Origin: Chthoniobacterales bacterium
GTDB taxonomy: Bacteria > Verrucomicrobiota > Verrucomicrobiia > Chthoniobacterales > Chthoniobacteraceae
Direction: 5' to 3'
DNA: 64,000 nt
NCBI GenBank assembly: GCA_038207335.1
Contig: JBBQZX010000003.1
Span: 160,001 to 224,000, forward strand
Under the pieces are notes generated by a model. It had not been told where the DNA came from. It worked only from the letters and a program-made list of their open reading frames with translations, and searched no databases. Shown here piece after piece: positions 39,871 through 51,543 of this stretch. The number at the start of each line of letters is the position of its first letter. Position 1 is the first letter of the stretch. A program made the translations under genes and the position numbers.

Positions 39871-40527
39871 ATGCCCGAACCAAAAAAAACCAAAGCCGCG
39901 AGCGCGGAAAAGCCCGCGGCATCCGCTCCGGAATCGACTCCCGAAGCCGCACCTGCAGCCGCTGCCGCACCGAGTGCGGCCGCTGAGGCGGCTGCGCCTG
40001 AAGGTGGCGCCGCGACTGCGACCGCCGCGTCCGCCCCCGCGAAAGCAGCACCGAAAGCGCGTGCAAAGAAGAAAGACGCCGCTGCGGCTCCGGCCGAGGA
40101 AAAGAAGCCCGAAAACTTCTCCCTCGATCCAAATGCCGTGGTCGAGCAGATCAAGGTCATCAAGGCGAAGGGCAGCAAGAACATCCACACCGGGATCGCT
40201 CATGTGCAGGCCAGCTTCAATAACACGATCGTGAGCATCACGGATCAGAGCGGGCACGTCATCGGATGGTCCAGCGCTGGTAAGGTGGGCTTCAAGGGAT
40301 CGCGCAAAAGCACGGCCTATGCGGCGCAGATGGTCGCTCAGGATGCCTGCCGCCAAGCGATGGGACATGGGCTCAAGGAAGTCGAAGTGCGCGTGAAAGG
40401 CCCTGGTGCCGGACGCGAATCCGCGGTCCGTGCGATCCAAGCGGTCGGACTCGACATCACGTTGATCAAGGACGTGACGCCTGTCCCGCACAACGGCTGC
40501 CGTCCGCCTAAGCAACGGCGCGTCTGA
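39871..40527 (+). CDS. rpsK: 30S ribosomal protein S11 with long Ala/Pro/Lys-rich N-terminal extension
   Basis: [39 protein letters not shown]. Confidence 0.98.
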   Translation: MPEPKKTKAASAEKPAASAPESTPEAAPAAAAAPSAAAEAAAPEGGAATATAASAPAKAAPKARAKKKDAAAAPAEEKKPENFSLDPNAVVEQIKVIKAKGSKNIHTGIAHVQASFNNTIVSITDQSGHVIGWSSAGKVGFKGSRKSTAYAAQMVAQDACRQAMGHGLKEVEVRVKGPGAGRESAVRAIQAVGLDITLIKDVTPVPHNGCRPPKQRRV

Positions 40528-40577
40528 TCCGGCGCCGAGTTCACCTACTTCACAAAAACGATTTAACTCTCACAGAA

Positions 40578-41189
40578 ATGGCACGTTACACTGGCCCGAA
40601 AGACAAGATCAGTCGCCGCTTTGGAGTCCCGCTTTTTGGCGCGACTAAGGCGCTCGAGAACAAGAACTATCCTCCCGGAATGCACGGCCCCAAAGGCTCG
40701 CGCCGGAAGCAGTCGGAGTATTCCGTGGCGCTCGCTGAGAAGCAAAAGCTGCGGTACCAGTATGGGTTGCTCGAGCGGCAGTTCCGTCGCTACTTTCAAA
40801 TCGCGCTCACTCGCCGCGGCGTCACAGGTCAGATTTTGCTTCAGCTTTTGGAGACGCGTCTCGACAACGTCGTGTTCCGATTGGGCTTTGCGAATAGCCG
40901 CAGTGCGGCGCGCCAGATGGTTTCCCATGGCCATGTGCAGGTGAACGGACGCAAGGTGGATATCTCGTCTTTCAATGTGAAGGCCGGAGACAAGGTGACC
41001 GTGAAAGACAAGGCGAATTCCCGCAGCCTGGCCGCGCGTAATCTCGACCTGACTCAAATCACGCCGGTGCCCGATTGGCTGACGCTCGATAAGGATCACT
41101 TTACCGGGGAGGTCTCACGAATTCCGACGCGTGACGAGATCGCACCGATCGTCAACGAGCAACTGATCGTCGAACTCTATTCGCGATAA
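40578..41189 (+). CDS. rpsD: 30S ribosomal protein S4
   Basis: MARYTGP, EKQKLR, LETRLDNVVFRLG, ARQMVSHGH, LIVELYSR. Confidence 0.99.
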   Translation: MARYTGPKDKISRRFGVPLFGATKALENKNYPPGMHGPKGSRRKQSEYSVALAEKQKLRYQYGLLERQFRRYFQIALTRRGVTGQILLQLLETRLDNVVFRLGFANSRSAARQMVSHGHVQVNGRKVDISSFNVKAGDKVTVKDKANSRSLAARNLDLTQITPVPDWLTLDKDHFTGEVSRIPTRDEIAPIVNEQLIVELYSR

Positions 41190-41453
41190 TTCGGCTGCTC
41201 TTTCGAGCATGACATTTTCGGCGCAGGCTACCTCTGGTGGTCTGCGCCGGTTTCATTTCATCCGAAGGATCTGATGGATGGCGCTCGCAAAAGAGCAGCG
41301 ACAGCCATGCACTTCGCGAAATGTGGGCAGCGTTTGCGATCTCCACATCCGCTTCGCGGTCTTGCGTCTTTGCTCGCGAAATATCAGCGCTTTCGCTTCG
41401 GCGATTGCAGCGAACTACGGCGGAAGTAGATTACTGCCGAATTTCAGAGCACC

Positions 41454-42557
41454 ATGCCTATCCATAATATCCTGACGAACACCGGCGAATGGCTCCGTGG
41501 CGAGGGGCCGCATTCTCAGATCGTGGTCAGCAGTCGGGTGCGGCTCGCGCGCAATTTGAAGGCGCACTCTTTTCCCGGGTGGGCGAAGAAGACGGAGCGG
41601 CTGCAGATTCTCGAGGCGATCAAGCCTCAGGTGGAGGAGCTACCGGAGATGAATGACGCGTATTCGGTTTACTCTCAAGATTTGACGGCGCTGGAAAAGC
41701 AGGTGCTGGTCGAGCGACATCTCATCTCTCGGGAACACGCGGCGAAAGGGATGGGTTCCGCGGTGGTGATGAATCGGAAGCAGACGCTCTCGATCATGAT
41801 CAATGAAGAGGATCACCTGCGGATGCAGGCAATCCGCTCGGGCTTGCAGCTCAAGAGCGTTTTCAAGATGATCGACAAGGTCGATTCCGCGCTCGAGGAA
41901 AAGCTCGATTTCGCGTTTCACAGTCGACTCGGATACCTCACGGCGTGCCCGACGAACGTCGGCACGGGGATGCGGGCGTCGGCGATGGTCCATTTGCCGG
42001 GGCTCGTCTTGAGCGAGCAGATCAATCAAGTCATCCAAGCGGTGAACAAGATCGGGCTGGCGGTGCGCGGGCTTTATGGAGAAGGCACGGAGGCGCTCGG
42101 GAATTTTTTTCAAGTCTCCAATCAGACGACGCTCGGAGAAAAGGAAGAGGATATCATCCACCGGCTGCACAAAGTCATCGAGCAGATCATCGAGCATGAG
42201 CAGAACGCGCGACAGATACTGCTGCAAAAGAAGCCGAACACGCTGCTTGATAATGTGGGGCGCGGATATGGCATCCTCCGTCACGCGTACTCGATGAGCT
42301 CGAAGGAGGCGCTCAATCTTCTTTCGTTCATCAAGCTCGGCATCGATCTCTCGTTTTTCCCCGAAGCTTGCCGGCAACCAGTCGATGAGCTTTTCATCGA
42401 AACCCAGCCCGCGCATCTGCAGAAAGGCTCGACGCAGAAGCTCGCGGCGGATGAGCGGGATTTCTTGCGAGCACAATTGATCCGCGACAAGCTGACGGAA
42501 TTTCCAGGGCCGGATGTGGGGCGTGCGACGCCGCCTGCGCCGGAGAGTGCGGGGTAG
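41454..42557 (+). CDS. mcsB: Protein arginine kinase McsB
   Basis: SSRVRLARN, LVERHLIS, INEEDHLR, GYLTACPTNVGTGMRAS, VRGLYGEG, QVSNQ. Confidence 0.95.
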   Translation: MPIHNILTNTGEWLRGEGPHSQIVVSSRVRLARNLKAHSFPGWAKKTERLQILEAIKPQVEELPEMNDAYSVYSQDLTALEKQVLVERHLISREHAAKGMGSAVVMNRKQTLSIMINEEDHLRMQAIRSGLQLKSVFKMIDKVDSALEEKLDFAFHSRLGYLTACPTNVGTGMRASAMVHLPGLVLSEQINQVIQAVNKIGLAVRGLYGEGTEALGNFFQVSNQTTLGEKEEDIIHRLHKVIEQIIEHEQNARQILLQKKPNTLLDNVGRGYGILRHAYSMSSKEALNLLSFIKLGIDLSFFPEACRQPVDELFIETQPAHLQKGSTQKLAADERDFLRAQLIRDKLTEFPGPDVGRATPPAPESAG

Positions 42558-42783
42558 ATTTGGCGAGCGGAGAGAGGAGCCGAGGCGAGCGCGGAAAAGA
42601 AATAGCGCGGTTCGCCGCTTTCCCCCAATCCGCGCAATGTGCGTCGTCAGCCTTTGCCATCAAAAAAAACCACGTCTTCGACAGGGTCGGTATTGCGGAA
42701 AAGGGGCACACGCTCCACATTACTGGTATCTCCGAATCATTCGTGGAAAACAACATCCGCGGAGACCGGAGCAACGAGAACGA

Positions 42784-45267
<2,484 letters not shown>

Positions 45268-45290
45268 TCGACAGACAATTTCCTCCTCGG

Positions 45291-45332
45291 AGGGCGGGCG
45301 AACTCACTGAGTTCGCCCGCCCTTATTTTTTG
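45291..45332 (+). terminator. Rho-independent terminator after clpC
   Basis: AGGGCGGGCGAACTC-ACT-GAGTTCGCCCGCCCT followed by TATTTTTT. Confidence 0.85.
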
Positions 45333-45353
45333 TAAATGCCGCGCTCGTAATGC

Positions 45354-48300
45354 GTGGGAGTTTTCGCTGTTGCGGGATCCCACTTCCTCGCTCTGTTCCA
45401 AACCGCTGCGCCAGTCTTGGCTGCTGCCAGAGGCGTAGTTTTTGCTATTCAATTTCCTCTCGTTTTTGCCGTGGCATTCCCCTCGCTCCAAAAAAAGATC
45501 ATAATCGGTTTTATCGCCGTGGCAGTGGTTGCTGCCGTTCTCACGAAGAGAGCGTTGGATGACATCCGCCACCTCGCGGCATCCCGAAACGATGTGCAAA
45601 AATCGGAGCGTGTGTTGCGGGGCTTGGACGCCGCTGGGTCCTCTATCAACGCGCTGGAGGCGAGCGCTGCGACGTATATCCTGAGCGGGTCCGAGCCCGA
45701 TTTTGCGAGATTTGGAGGAAGCCAAAAAGAACTCGCCGCGCGCATTTCCGAACTCGCCGAGTTGCTTTCCGGTGAATCGAATGCGACACCGCTCACGGCG
45801 TCGTTGAGCGCTGCCGCGACCCGGCGGGTGTCGAGCCTCAATGCAGCGGCTGCGCTTCGAAAGAGCAACGGGTTTGAAGCCGCGCTCGATCAAGAAGCCA
45901 TAAGGAACTCTGCCCGCGCGGTCACTGAGCTTCGGAGTTTCACTGGGAAGCTGAAGGAGGATCAGCAATTTCTGCTCGAAATCCGGCAACAGGATATTCA
46001 GCGGAAACAGGCTGAGGTGGTGAGCGTGGTTTGGACCGGAGCGGCTATTCTCGTTGCGTCGTTGCTCTTGCTCGCCGGGATGTGCTGGTGCGAGATGGCC
46101 ATGCATCGCCGCGCGGTTGTCGCGCTGTGGGAGAGCGAGATATTCTCCAAGCAACTGCTGGATCACAGCGGGGAATGTGTGCAGGTGCTCGATCTGGCGG
46201 GGTGTGTCCTCCAGATGAATGCGGCTGGCCGGCGCATTCTCGATCTTCCGAGATCGCAAAAGCTCTCCAGATTAATGTGGCCGGATCTTTGGAAAAACGA
46301 AGCGCACTCGCTCGCCCGCAAAGCGATCGCGCAGGCGAAGCAGGGCGGCACGGCGCGCTTCCGCGGGCTCTGCCCGAGTTTCTCCGGTGCGCCTCGCTGG
46401 TGGGATGTGGATATTTCCCGAATTCCTGGAAAGGCGGGCGAGCCGGACCGGTTGCTCGCGGTTTCACGCGACGTTACGGAAATCCGATGGGCGGAGGGAA
46501 AATTCCGCGCGCTTTTCGAGAACTCTGTGGATGCCCACTTACTCTTCGATGATCACGGGATCATCGACTGCAATCGGGCCGCGGTGCAGATGCTCAAGTT
46601 CCCAGACAAGCTGTCGCTTATGGCTGTGCAAATCGCAGACCTTTCGCCGGCGCTACAACCGGACGGAATTTCATCCGCGCACAAATTTGCGGAGTATCGG
46701 CGGCTGGCAGAGGAAACCGGCGAGTGCCGGGCGGACTGGCATTTCGTGCGTGCGGGCGGCGAGCAGTTTCCGGTGGAGGTGAGCCTCGCGCCGGTGAACC
46801 TCGATGGGCGTCGCATCCTGCTTGCGGTATGGCGCGACTTGACGGGCAAAATTCGCGCCGAGATGGCGCTGCGCGAGAGCGAGGAGCGCTTTCAATCGTT
46901 CATGGATCACAGCCCGACGATCGCCTTCATCAAGGACGACGAGTGCCGCTACATTTATGTGAACAAGCCGTTCGAGGAGCAGTTTGGCGTTGATTTCGAG
47001 ATCGATCTCAAGGGTCAAACGGACCAGGGCTGGCTGCCGGAGGAGACGGCGAAATTTTTCATCGAGACGGATCGCAAAGTCCTCACAACAGGGCAACCTG
47101 CGCGGCTGGTGGAAGTCGTGCCGCTCGGCGAGGGACAACTGTCGGAATGGCTCGTGCTGAAATTTCCGATGCGGACTTCGACTGGGCGCATGTTGCTCGG
47201 CGGGGTCGGCGTGGACATCACGAAGCAAAAGCGCGGCGAACGTGCGCTGCGGGAGCGCGAGGCGCAGTTTCGCGATCTCTTCGACGACGCGCCGGTGGCG
47301 TATCACGAACTCGATACGGATAATCGGCTCACGCGCGTAAACGCCACGGAACTCGCGATGCTAGGCTACACCGCGGATGAAATGGTCGGGCGCTCCGTGT
47401 GGGATTTCATCCTCGAAGACGCCGCCGAGCATGCGATTCCGGTCGAACTCGCCGGCGAGATGCGACTCGCTGCGACGCAGCGCACTTTCAAAAAAAAGGA
47501 CGGCACCACCGTCCCGGTTCTCATGCGCCACAAGCTGATCATGGATGCGAACGGCGAAGTCGCGGGGATGCGCTCGACGCTACAGGACATCAGCGCGCTG
47601 AAGCGCACGGAGCAAGACCTGCGCAATGCTGAGGAGAAGTATCGCAGCATTTTCGAGAACGCGATCGAGGGGATTTTCCAGACGACGACGGAGGGACGGT
47701 TTCTGAATGCGAATCCGGCGTTGGCGCGCATCTACGGTTACGCGTCGCCAGATGCGATGATCGGCGAGGTGCGCGACATCGGGCGCGAAATCTACGTCGA
47801 TCCGAGGCGGCGGGCGGCGTTTGTGAAGGCGATTCGGAATCACGGCGAAGTGTCCGATTTCGAGGCGGAGGTGCGGCGCAAAGATGGGAGCACCCTTTGG
47901 ATTTCGGAGCGCGCGAGAGCGGTGCGGGATGCAGCCGGGCACCTGATCTACCTTGAGGGGACGACGGAGGACATCACAGCAAGGCGCGAGGCGGATGCGG
48001 CGATCATGAAAGCGCGCGATGTGGCGCTCGAATCGGTACGCTTGAAAACGGAATTTCTCGCGAACATGAGCCACGAGATTCGCACGCCGATGAATGGGAT
48101 TATCGGAATGTCTGGGCTCTTGATGGACACGGCGCTGAGCGCGAAGCAGCGCGATTTTACTCAGACGATTTCCTCCAGCGCAGAGGCGCTGCTGACGATC
48201 ATCAACGACATCCTCGACTTTTCGAAAATCGAGGCCGGGATGTTGGTATTTGAAGAGATCGATTTTGACATCGGACATGTCGTCGAAGGCGCGGTTGATC

Positions 48301-49976
48301 TGCTGGCGTCGCGCGCGCTCACGAAGAAAATTGAACTCGCGTCTCTGGTTCACAGCGATGTGCCGAAGGCCGTCCGTGGCGACCCCGGGCGTTTGCGACA
48401 GGTGCTGACGAACCTAATCGGGAATGCGCTGAAATTTACGGAATCTGGCGAGGTCGTCATCCGGGTTGAGAAAACCTCGGAGTCAGCTAATGATCTCACG
48501 GCGCGCTTCAGCATTGCCGACACTGGCATTGGGATCACGCCGGAGCAAAAGGCGAAGCTCTTCCAAGCCTTTGTGCAGGCCGATGGATCGACGACGCGGC
48601 GGTACGGCGGGACTGGACTTGGACTTGCGATTTGCAAGCAACTTGTGCGGCAAATGCACGGCGAGATCGGCGTGGTGAGCACGCCGGGGGAGGGCTCGAC
48701 GTTCTGGTTCACGGCGCGACTTGCAAAGCAAAGTACGACGGCTGTCCCGGCCCAGGCGCTTGATGGCGCGAGCATCCTTGTGGTGGCGGAAAGCGCCACG
48801 AACCGTGAAATTTTGCGCCACCTCTGCGCAGGGTGGAACACGCGCCACGAACAGGCTCGGAATGGCAACGATGCCCTCGCTCATTTGAACAAAGCTGCAG
48901 CACGCGGCGGGCATTTCGACATCGTGCTGATCGATCACGAACTCACGGAAATGGACGGCGCCGCACTTGCCCGCACGATCAAAGCCGACCCAAAACTTGC
49001 GGACACCCGCCTCGTCCTGCTGACTCCACTCGATCGGCGCGACGATGCGGCGCTTATGCGCGAAAGCGGCGTGGATGCCTGTCTGACGAAGCCGCTCAAG
49101 GAGACAGCGCTCTACCAATGCCTTTCCGCTGTGCTCGTCGGTGAGGATGCGCAGCAAGTATCCGCAGGCCTCGCGATGCTGCCCTCGCCGGAGTGCGCGC
49201 AGCGGCCTCGCGATGTGCTTCGCATCCTGATCGCGGAGGATAATGTGGTGAACATGAACGTGGCGCTGCATCAGCTCCAAAACCTCGGATACACTGCCGA
49301 CTCGACTACGAATGGGCGCGCCGTGCTCGAATCGATGCACAAGCTGCCGTACGACTTCGTGCTCATGGACTGCCAGATGCCGGAGTTGGACGGCTACGAG
49401 ACGACGCAAGAAATCCGGCGCATGGAGGGGAGCGAGCGGCATACGTGGATCGTTGCGATGACGGCGCACTCGCTCGCGGGTGATCGTGAGAAGTGCTTCG
49501 CTGCGGGGATGGACGACTACCTCAGCAAGCCGATTCGCACGCCGGATTTGCGGAATGCCATCGAGCGATTCACCGGCGTTCGAGCGATCGCACAGGAGGT
49601 GCGAGAGTTGGGCGGCGCACCGACGATCGACCGCGCACTGCTCGATGGATTTCGCGATCTCGACAGCGACGAGAGCGGGGGGATTCTCGGCAAGCTGATC
49701 GATCTTTTCCTCGAAAATACGCCGGTCGTGCTGGTCGAGGCGCGAGAGGCATTCGCGAAAAATGCGCATCCCCTGCTGGCCCGTGCGGCGCATACTCTGA
49801 AAGGGAGTTGCGCGAATTTCGGGGCTGAGCGAATGCGGGACGCGTGCTGGCGGCTGGAGCAACTCGCCCACAGTGAGACGCTCGAAGGCGCGGCGGAGAT
49901 GCTGCGCGAGGTGGAGGCTGAATTTAACTACGTGCGCCTCGCCCTCGAGCGCGAACGGCCCGCGAACGCCGCATGA
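45354..49976 (+). CDS. Hybrid sensor histidine kinase (CHASE3-like, 5 PAS, HisKA, HATPase, 2 REC, Hpt)
   Basis: FLANMSHEIRTPMNG, NLIGNALKFT, DTGIG, GGTGLGL, LMDCQMP, AHTLKGS; true start may be GTG 45471. Confidence 0.95.
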   Translation: MGVFAVAGSHFLALFQTAAPVLAAARGVVFAIQFPLVFAVAFPSLQKKIIIGFIAVAVVAAVLTKRALDDIRHLAASRNDVQKSERVLRGLDAAGSSINALEASAATYILSGSEPDFARFGGSQKELAARISELAELLSGESNATPLTASLSAAATRRVSSLNAAAALRKSNGFEAALDQEAIRNSARAVTELRSFTGKLKEDQQFLLEIRQQDIQRKQAEVVSVVWTGAAILVASLLLLAGMCWCEMAMHRRAVVALWESEIFSKQLLDHSGECVQVLDLAGCVLQMNAAGRRILDLPRSQKLSRLMWPDLWKNEAHSLARKAIAQAKQGGTARFRGLCPSFSGAPRWWDVDISRIPGKAGEPDRLLAVSRDVTEIRWAEGKFRALFENSVDAHLLFDDHGIIDCNRAAVQMLKFPDKLSLMAVQIADLSPALQPDGISSAHKFAEYRRLAEETGECRADWHFVRAGGEQFPVEVSLAPVNLDGRRILLAVWRDLTGKIRAEMALRESEERFQSFMDHSPTIAFIKDDECRYIYVNKPFEEQFGVDFEIDLKGQTDQGWLPEETAKFFIETDRKVLTTGQPARLVEVVPLGEGQLSEWLVLKFPMRTSTGRMLLGGVGVDITKQKRGERALREREAQFRDLFDDAPVAYHELDTDNRLTRVNATELAMLGYTADEMVGRSVWDFILEDAAEHAIPVELAGEMRLAATQRTFKKKDGTTVPVLMRHKLIMDANGEVAGMRSTLQDISALKRTEQDLRNAEEKYRSIFENAIEGIFQTTTEGRFLNANPALARIYGYASPDAMIGEVRDIGREIYVDPRRRAAFVKAIRNHGEVSDFEAEVRRKDGSTLWISERARAVRDAAGHLIYLEGTTEDITARREADAAIMKARDVALESVRLKTEFLANMSHEIRTPMNGIIGMSGLLMDTALSAKQRDFTQTISSSAEALLTIINDILDFSKIEAGMLVFEEIDFDIGHVVEGAVDLLASRALTKKIELASLVHSDVPKAVRGDPGRLRQVLTNLIGNALKFTESGEVVIRVEKTSESANDLTARFSIADTGIGITPEQKAKLFQAFVQADGSTTRRYGGTGLGLAICKQLVRQMHGEIGVVSTPGEGSTFWFTARLAKQSTTAVPAQALDGASILVVAESATNREILRHLCAGWNTRHEQARNGNDALAHLNKAAARGGHFDIVLIDHELTEMDGAALARTIKADPKLADTRLVLLTPLDRRDDAALMRESGVDACLTKPLKETALYQCLSAVLVGEDAQQVSAGLAMLPSPECAQRPRDVLRILIAEDNVVNMNVALHQLQNLGYTADSTTNGRAVLESMHKLPYDFVLMDCQMPELDGYETTQEIRRMEGSERHTWIVAMTAHSLAGDREKCFAAGMDDYLSKPIRTPDLRNAIERFTGVRAIAQEVRELGGAPTIDRALLDGFRDLDSDESGGILGKLIDLFLENTPVVLVEAREAFAKNAHPLLARAAHTLKGSCANFGAERMRDACWRLEQLAHSETLEGAAEMLREVEAEFNYVRLALERERPANAA

Positions 49977-50563
49977 AAATACTCATCGCCGAGGACGACC
50001 CGGTGTCCGTGAAAATCCTGCAGCTTACGCTCGAGCATTTTGGGCATGAGGTGATCGCGGCAGAAAACGGCGCGAAGGCATGGGAAATTTTCGACCGCGA
50101 GCCGGTTCGCGTCATCGTGAGCGACTGGATGATGCCGGAGGTCGATGGGCTGGAGCTATGCTCGAAAGTGCGCCGTCGTCCGCGCACGGATTATACGTAT
50201 TTCATTCTGCTCACTGCGATCGATACCGGGCGTGAAAACGTGCGAAAGGCGATGGATGCAGTGATCGACGACTTTCTCGCGAAGCCGCTCGATCGCGAAG
50301 CGGTGCTCATGCGTTTGCGCGTGGCGGAGCGGATTTTGGATTTCACGAAGCAAATCCGGCAGCTCAAAGACCTGCTGCCGATCTGCATGTACTGCAAGCG
50401 GGTGCGCGACGATCGCGACTACTGGCAGCAGGTGGAGAGCTACATCCACGAGCATACCGGCACGAATTTCAGCCACGGCATCTGCCCAGATTGCTTCGCG
50501 GCGCAGCTCGGCAACTTCGCAGATCGCACGGACTTTCACATCGTACCTCCGTCGGAGGAATGA
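49973..50563 (+). CDS. Response regulator with C-terminal Cys/His putative zinc-binding domain
   Basis: ILIAEDD, VSDWMMP, LAKP; LLPICMYCKRVRD...SHGICPDC; ATGA overlap with the kinase. Confidence 0.9.
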   Translation: MKILIAEDDPVSVKILQLTLEHFGHEVIAAENGAKAWEIFDREPVRVIVSDWMMPEVDGLELCSKVRRRPRTDYTYFILLTAIDTGRENVRKAMDAVIDDFLAKPLDREAVLMRLRVAERILDFTKQIRQLKDLLPICMYCKRVRDDRDYWQQVESYIHEHTGTNFSHGICPDCFAAQLGNFADRTDFHIVPPSEE

Positions 50564-50603
50564 ACGTGCAATGTGGTGTGGTGGCGAAGCCGTCGCTCTG
50601 TAA

Positions 50604-51485
50604 TCAGTACTCGCGAGCCAGCAGGTGGCCGGCGAGTTCGCGGAGGCGCGTAGCTTTTTCTCCGAAAGGCTCGAGCGACGCGAGCGCTGTGACGGTGAGG
50701 CGGTGCGCTTCTTTGCGGGAGCGTTCCAAACCGAAGATTGCGGGGTAGGTAGCTTTGATCGCGGCGACGTCTTTGCCCGCGGTTTTGCCGAGCTTCTCGG
50801 TCGTCTGCGTGACATCGAGGATGTCGTCGATGATCTGAAAGGCGAGGCCGAGCGACTGGCCGAAGTCGGTGAGATTTTGCAGGCGCGCTTCGGCCACGTT
50901 TGCGCTCATCGCACCAAGCCGGATCGATGCGGTAAGGAGAGCGGCGGTCTTCGAGCGATGAATGAACTTCAATTGTTCGCGGCTGATCTTTTTGCCCTCG
51001 CCTTCCAAGTCGAGTACCTGCCCGGCGATGAGCCAGCGGCTGCCCGCGGCATCGGCAAGTTCACGAATGAGCGCGGCGGTTTTGTAGCGCGGCGTGGCCT
51101 CGGCTTGCGCGAGAATTTCAAACGCGATGGTGAGCAGCGCGTCGCCCGCGAGGACTGCGACACCTTCGCCGAAGACCTTGTGGCTCGTGGGTCGGCCGCG
51201 GCGCAGATCGTCGTCGTCCATGCACGGGAGATCGTCGTGGATGAGCGAGTAGGTGTGGATGCACTCGACGGCGCACGCGGCGGGGAGTGCGCTCTCGACC
51301 GAGCCACCGCCGGCCTCGGCTGCCGCGAGCGCGAGGATGGGACGCAGCTTTTTGCCGCCCGCGAAAAGGCTGTAGCGCATCGCTTTGTGAAGGGTCGCGG
51401 GCCTCGCGGAGGCGCGCGGGATGAAGTGGTCGAGAGCGGTGTCCACGAGCTTCGATCGGTCGCGGAGATAGGTCTGAAGCGGCAT
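50604..51485 (-). CDS. ispA: Polyprenyl (farnesyl/geranylgeranyl) diphosphate synthase
   Basis: GGKKLRP, SLIHDDLPCMDDDDLRRG, FQIIDDILD, GKTAGKD. Confidence 0.92.
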   Translation of the reverse strand: MPLQTYLRDRSKLVDTALDHFIPRASARPATLHKAMRYSLFAGGKKLRPILALAAAEAGGGSVESALPAACAVECIHTYSLIHDDLPCMDDDDLRRGRPTSHKVFGEGVAVLAGDALLTIAFEILAQAEATPRYKTAALIRELADAAGSRWLIAGQVLDLEGEGKKISREQLKFIHRSKTAALLTASIRLGAMSANVAEARLQNLTDFGQSLGLAFQIIDDILDVTQTTEKLGKTAGKDVAAIKATYPAIFGLERSRKEAHRLTVTALASLEPFGEKATRLRELAGHLLAREY

Positions 51486-51543
51486 GGGCTCGGGAGAGTG
51501 CAGGCGGCGGGGAGTTTGTGAAAAGTGAATTTCGCCTGGTGGC

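Noticed and set aside
41190..41475. Short ORFs as possible mcsA or rpoA remnants
   Set aside because: No CxxC pairs, UVR motif or RpoA similarity in the frames read
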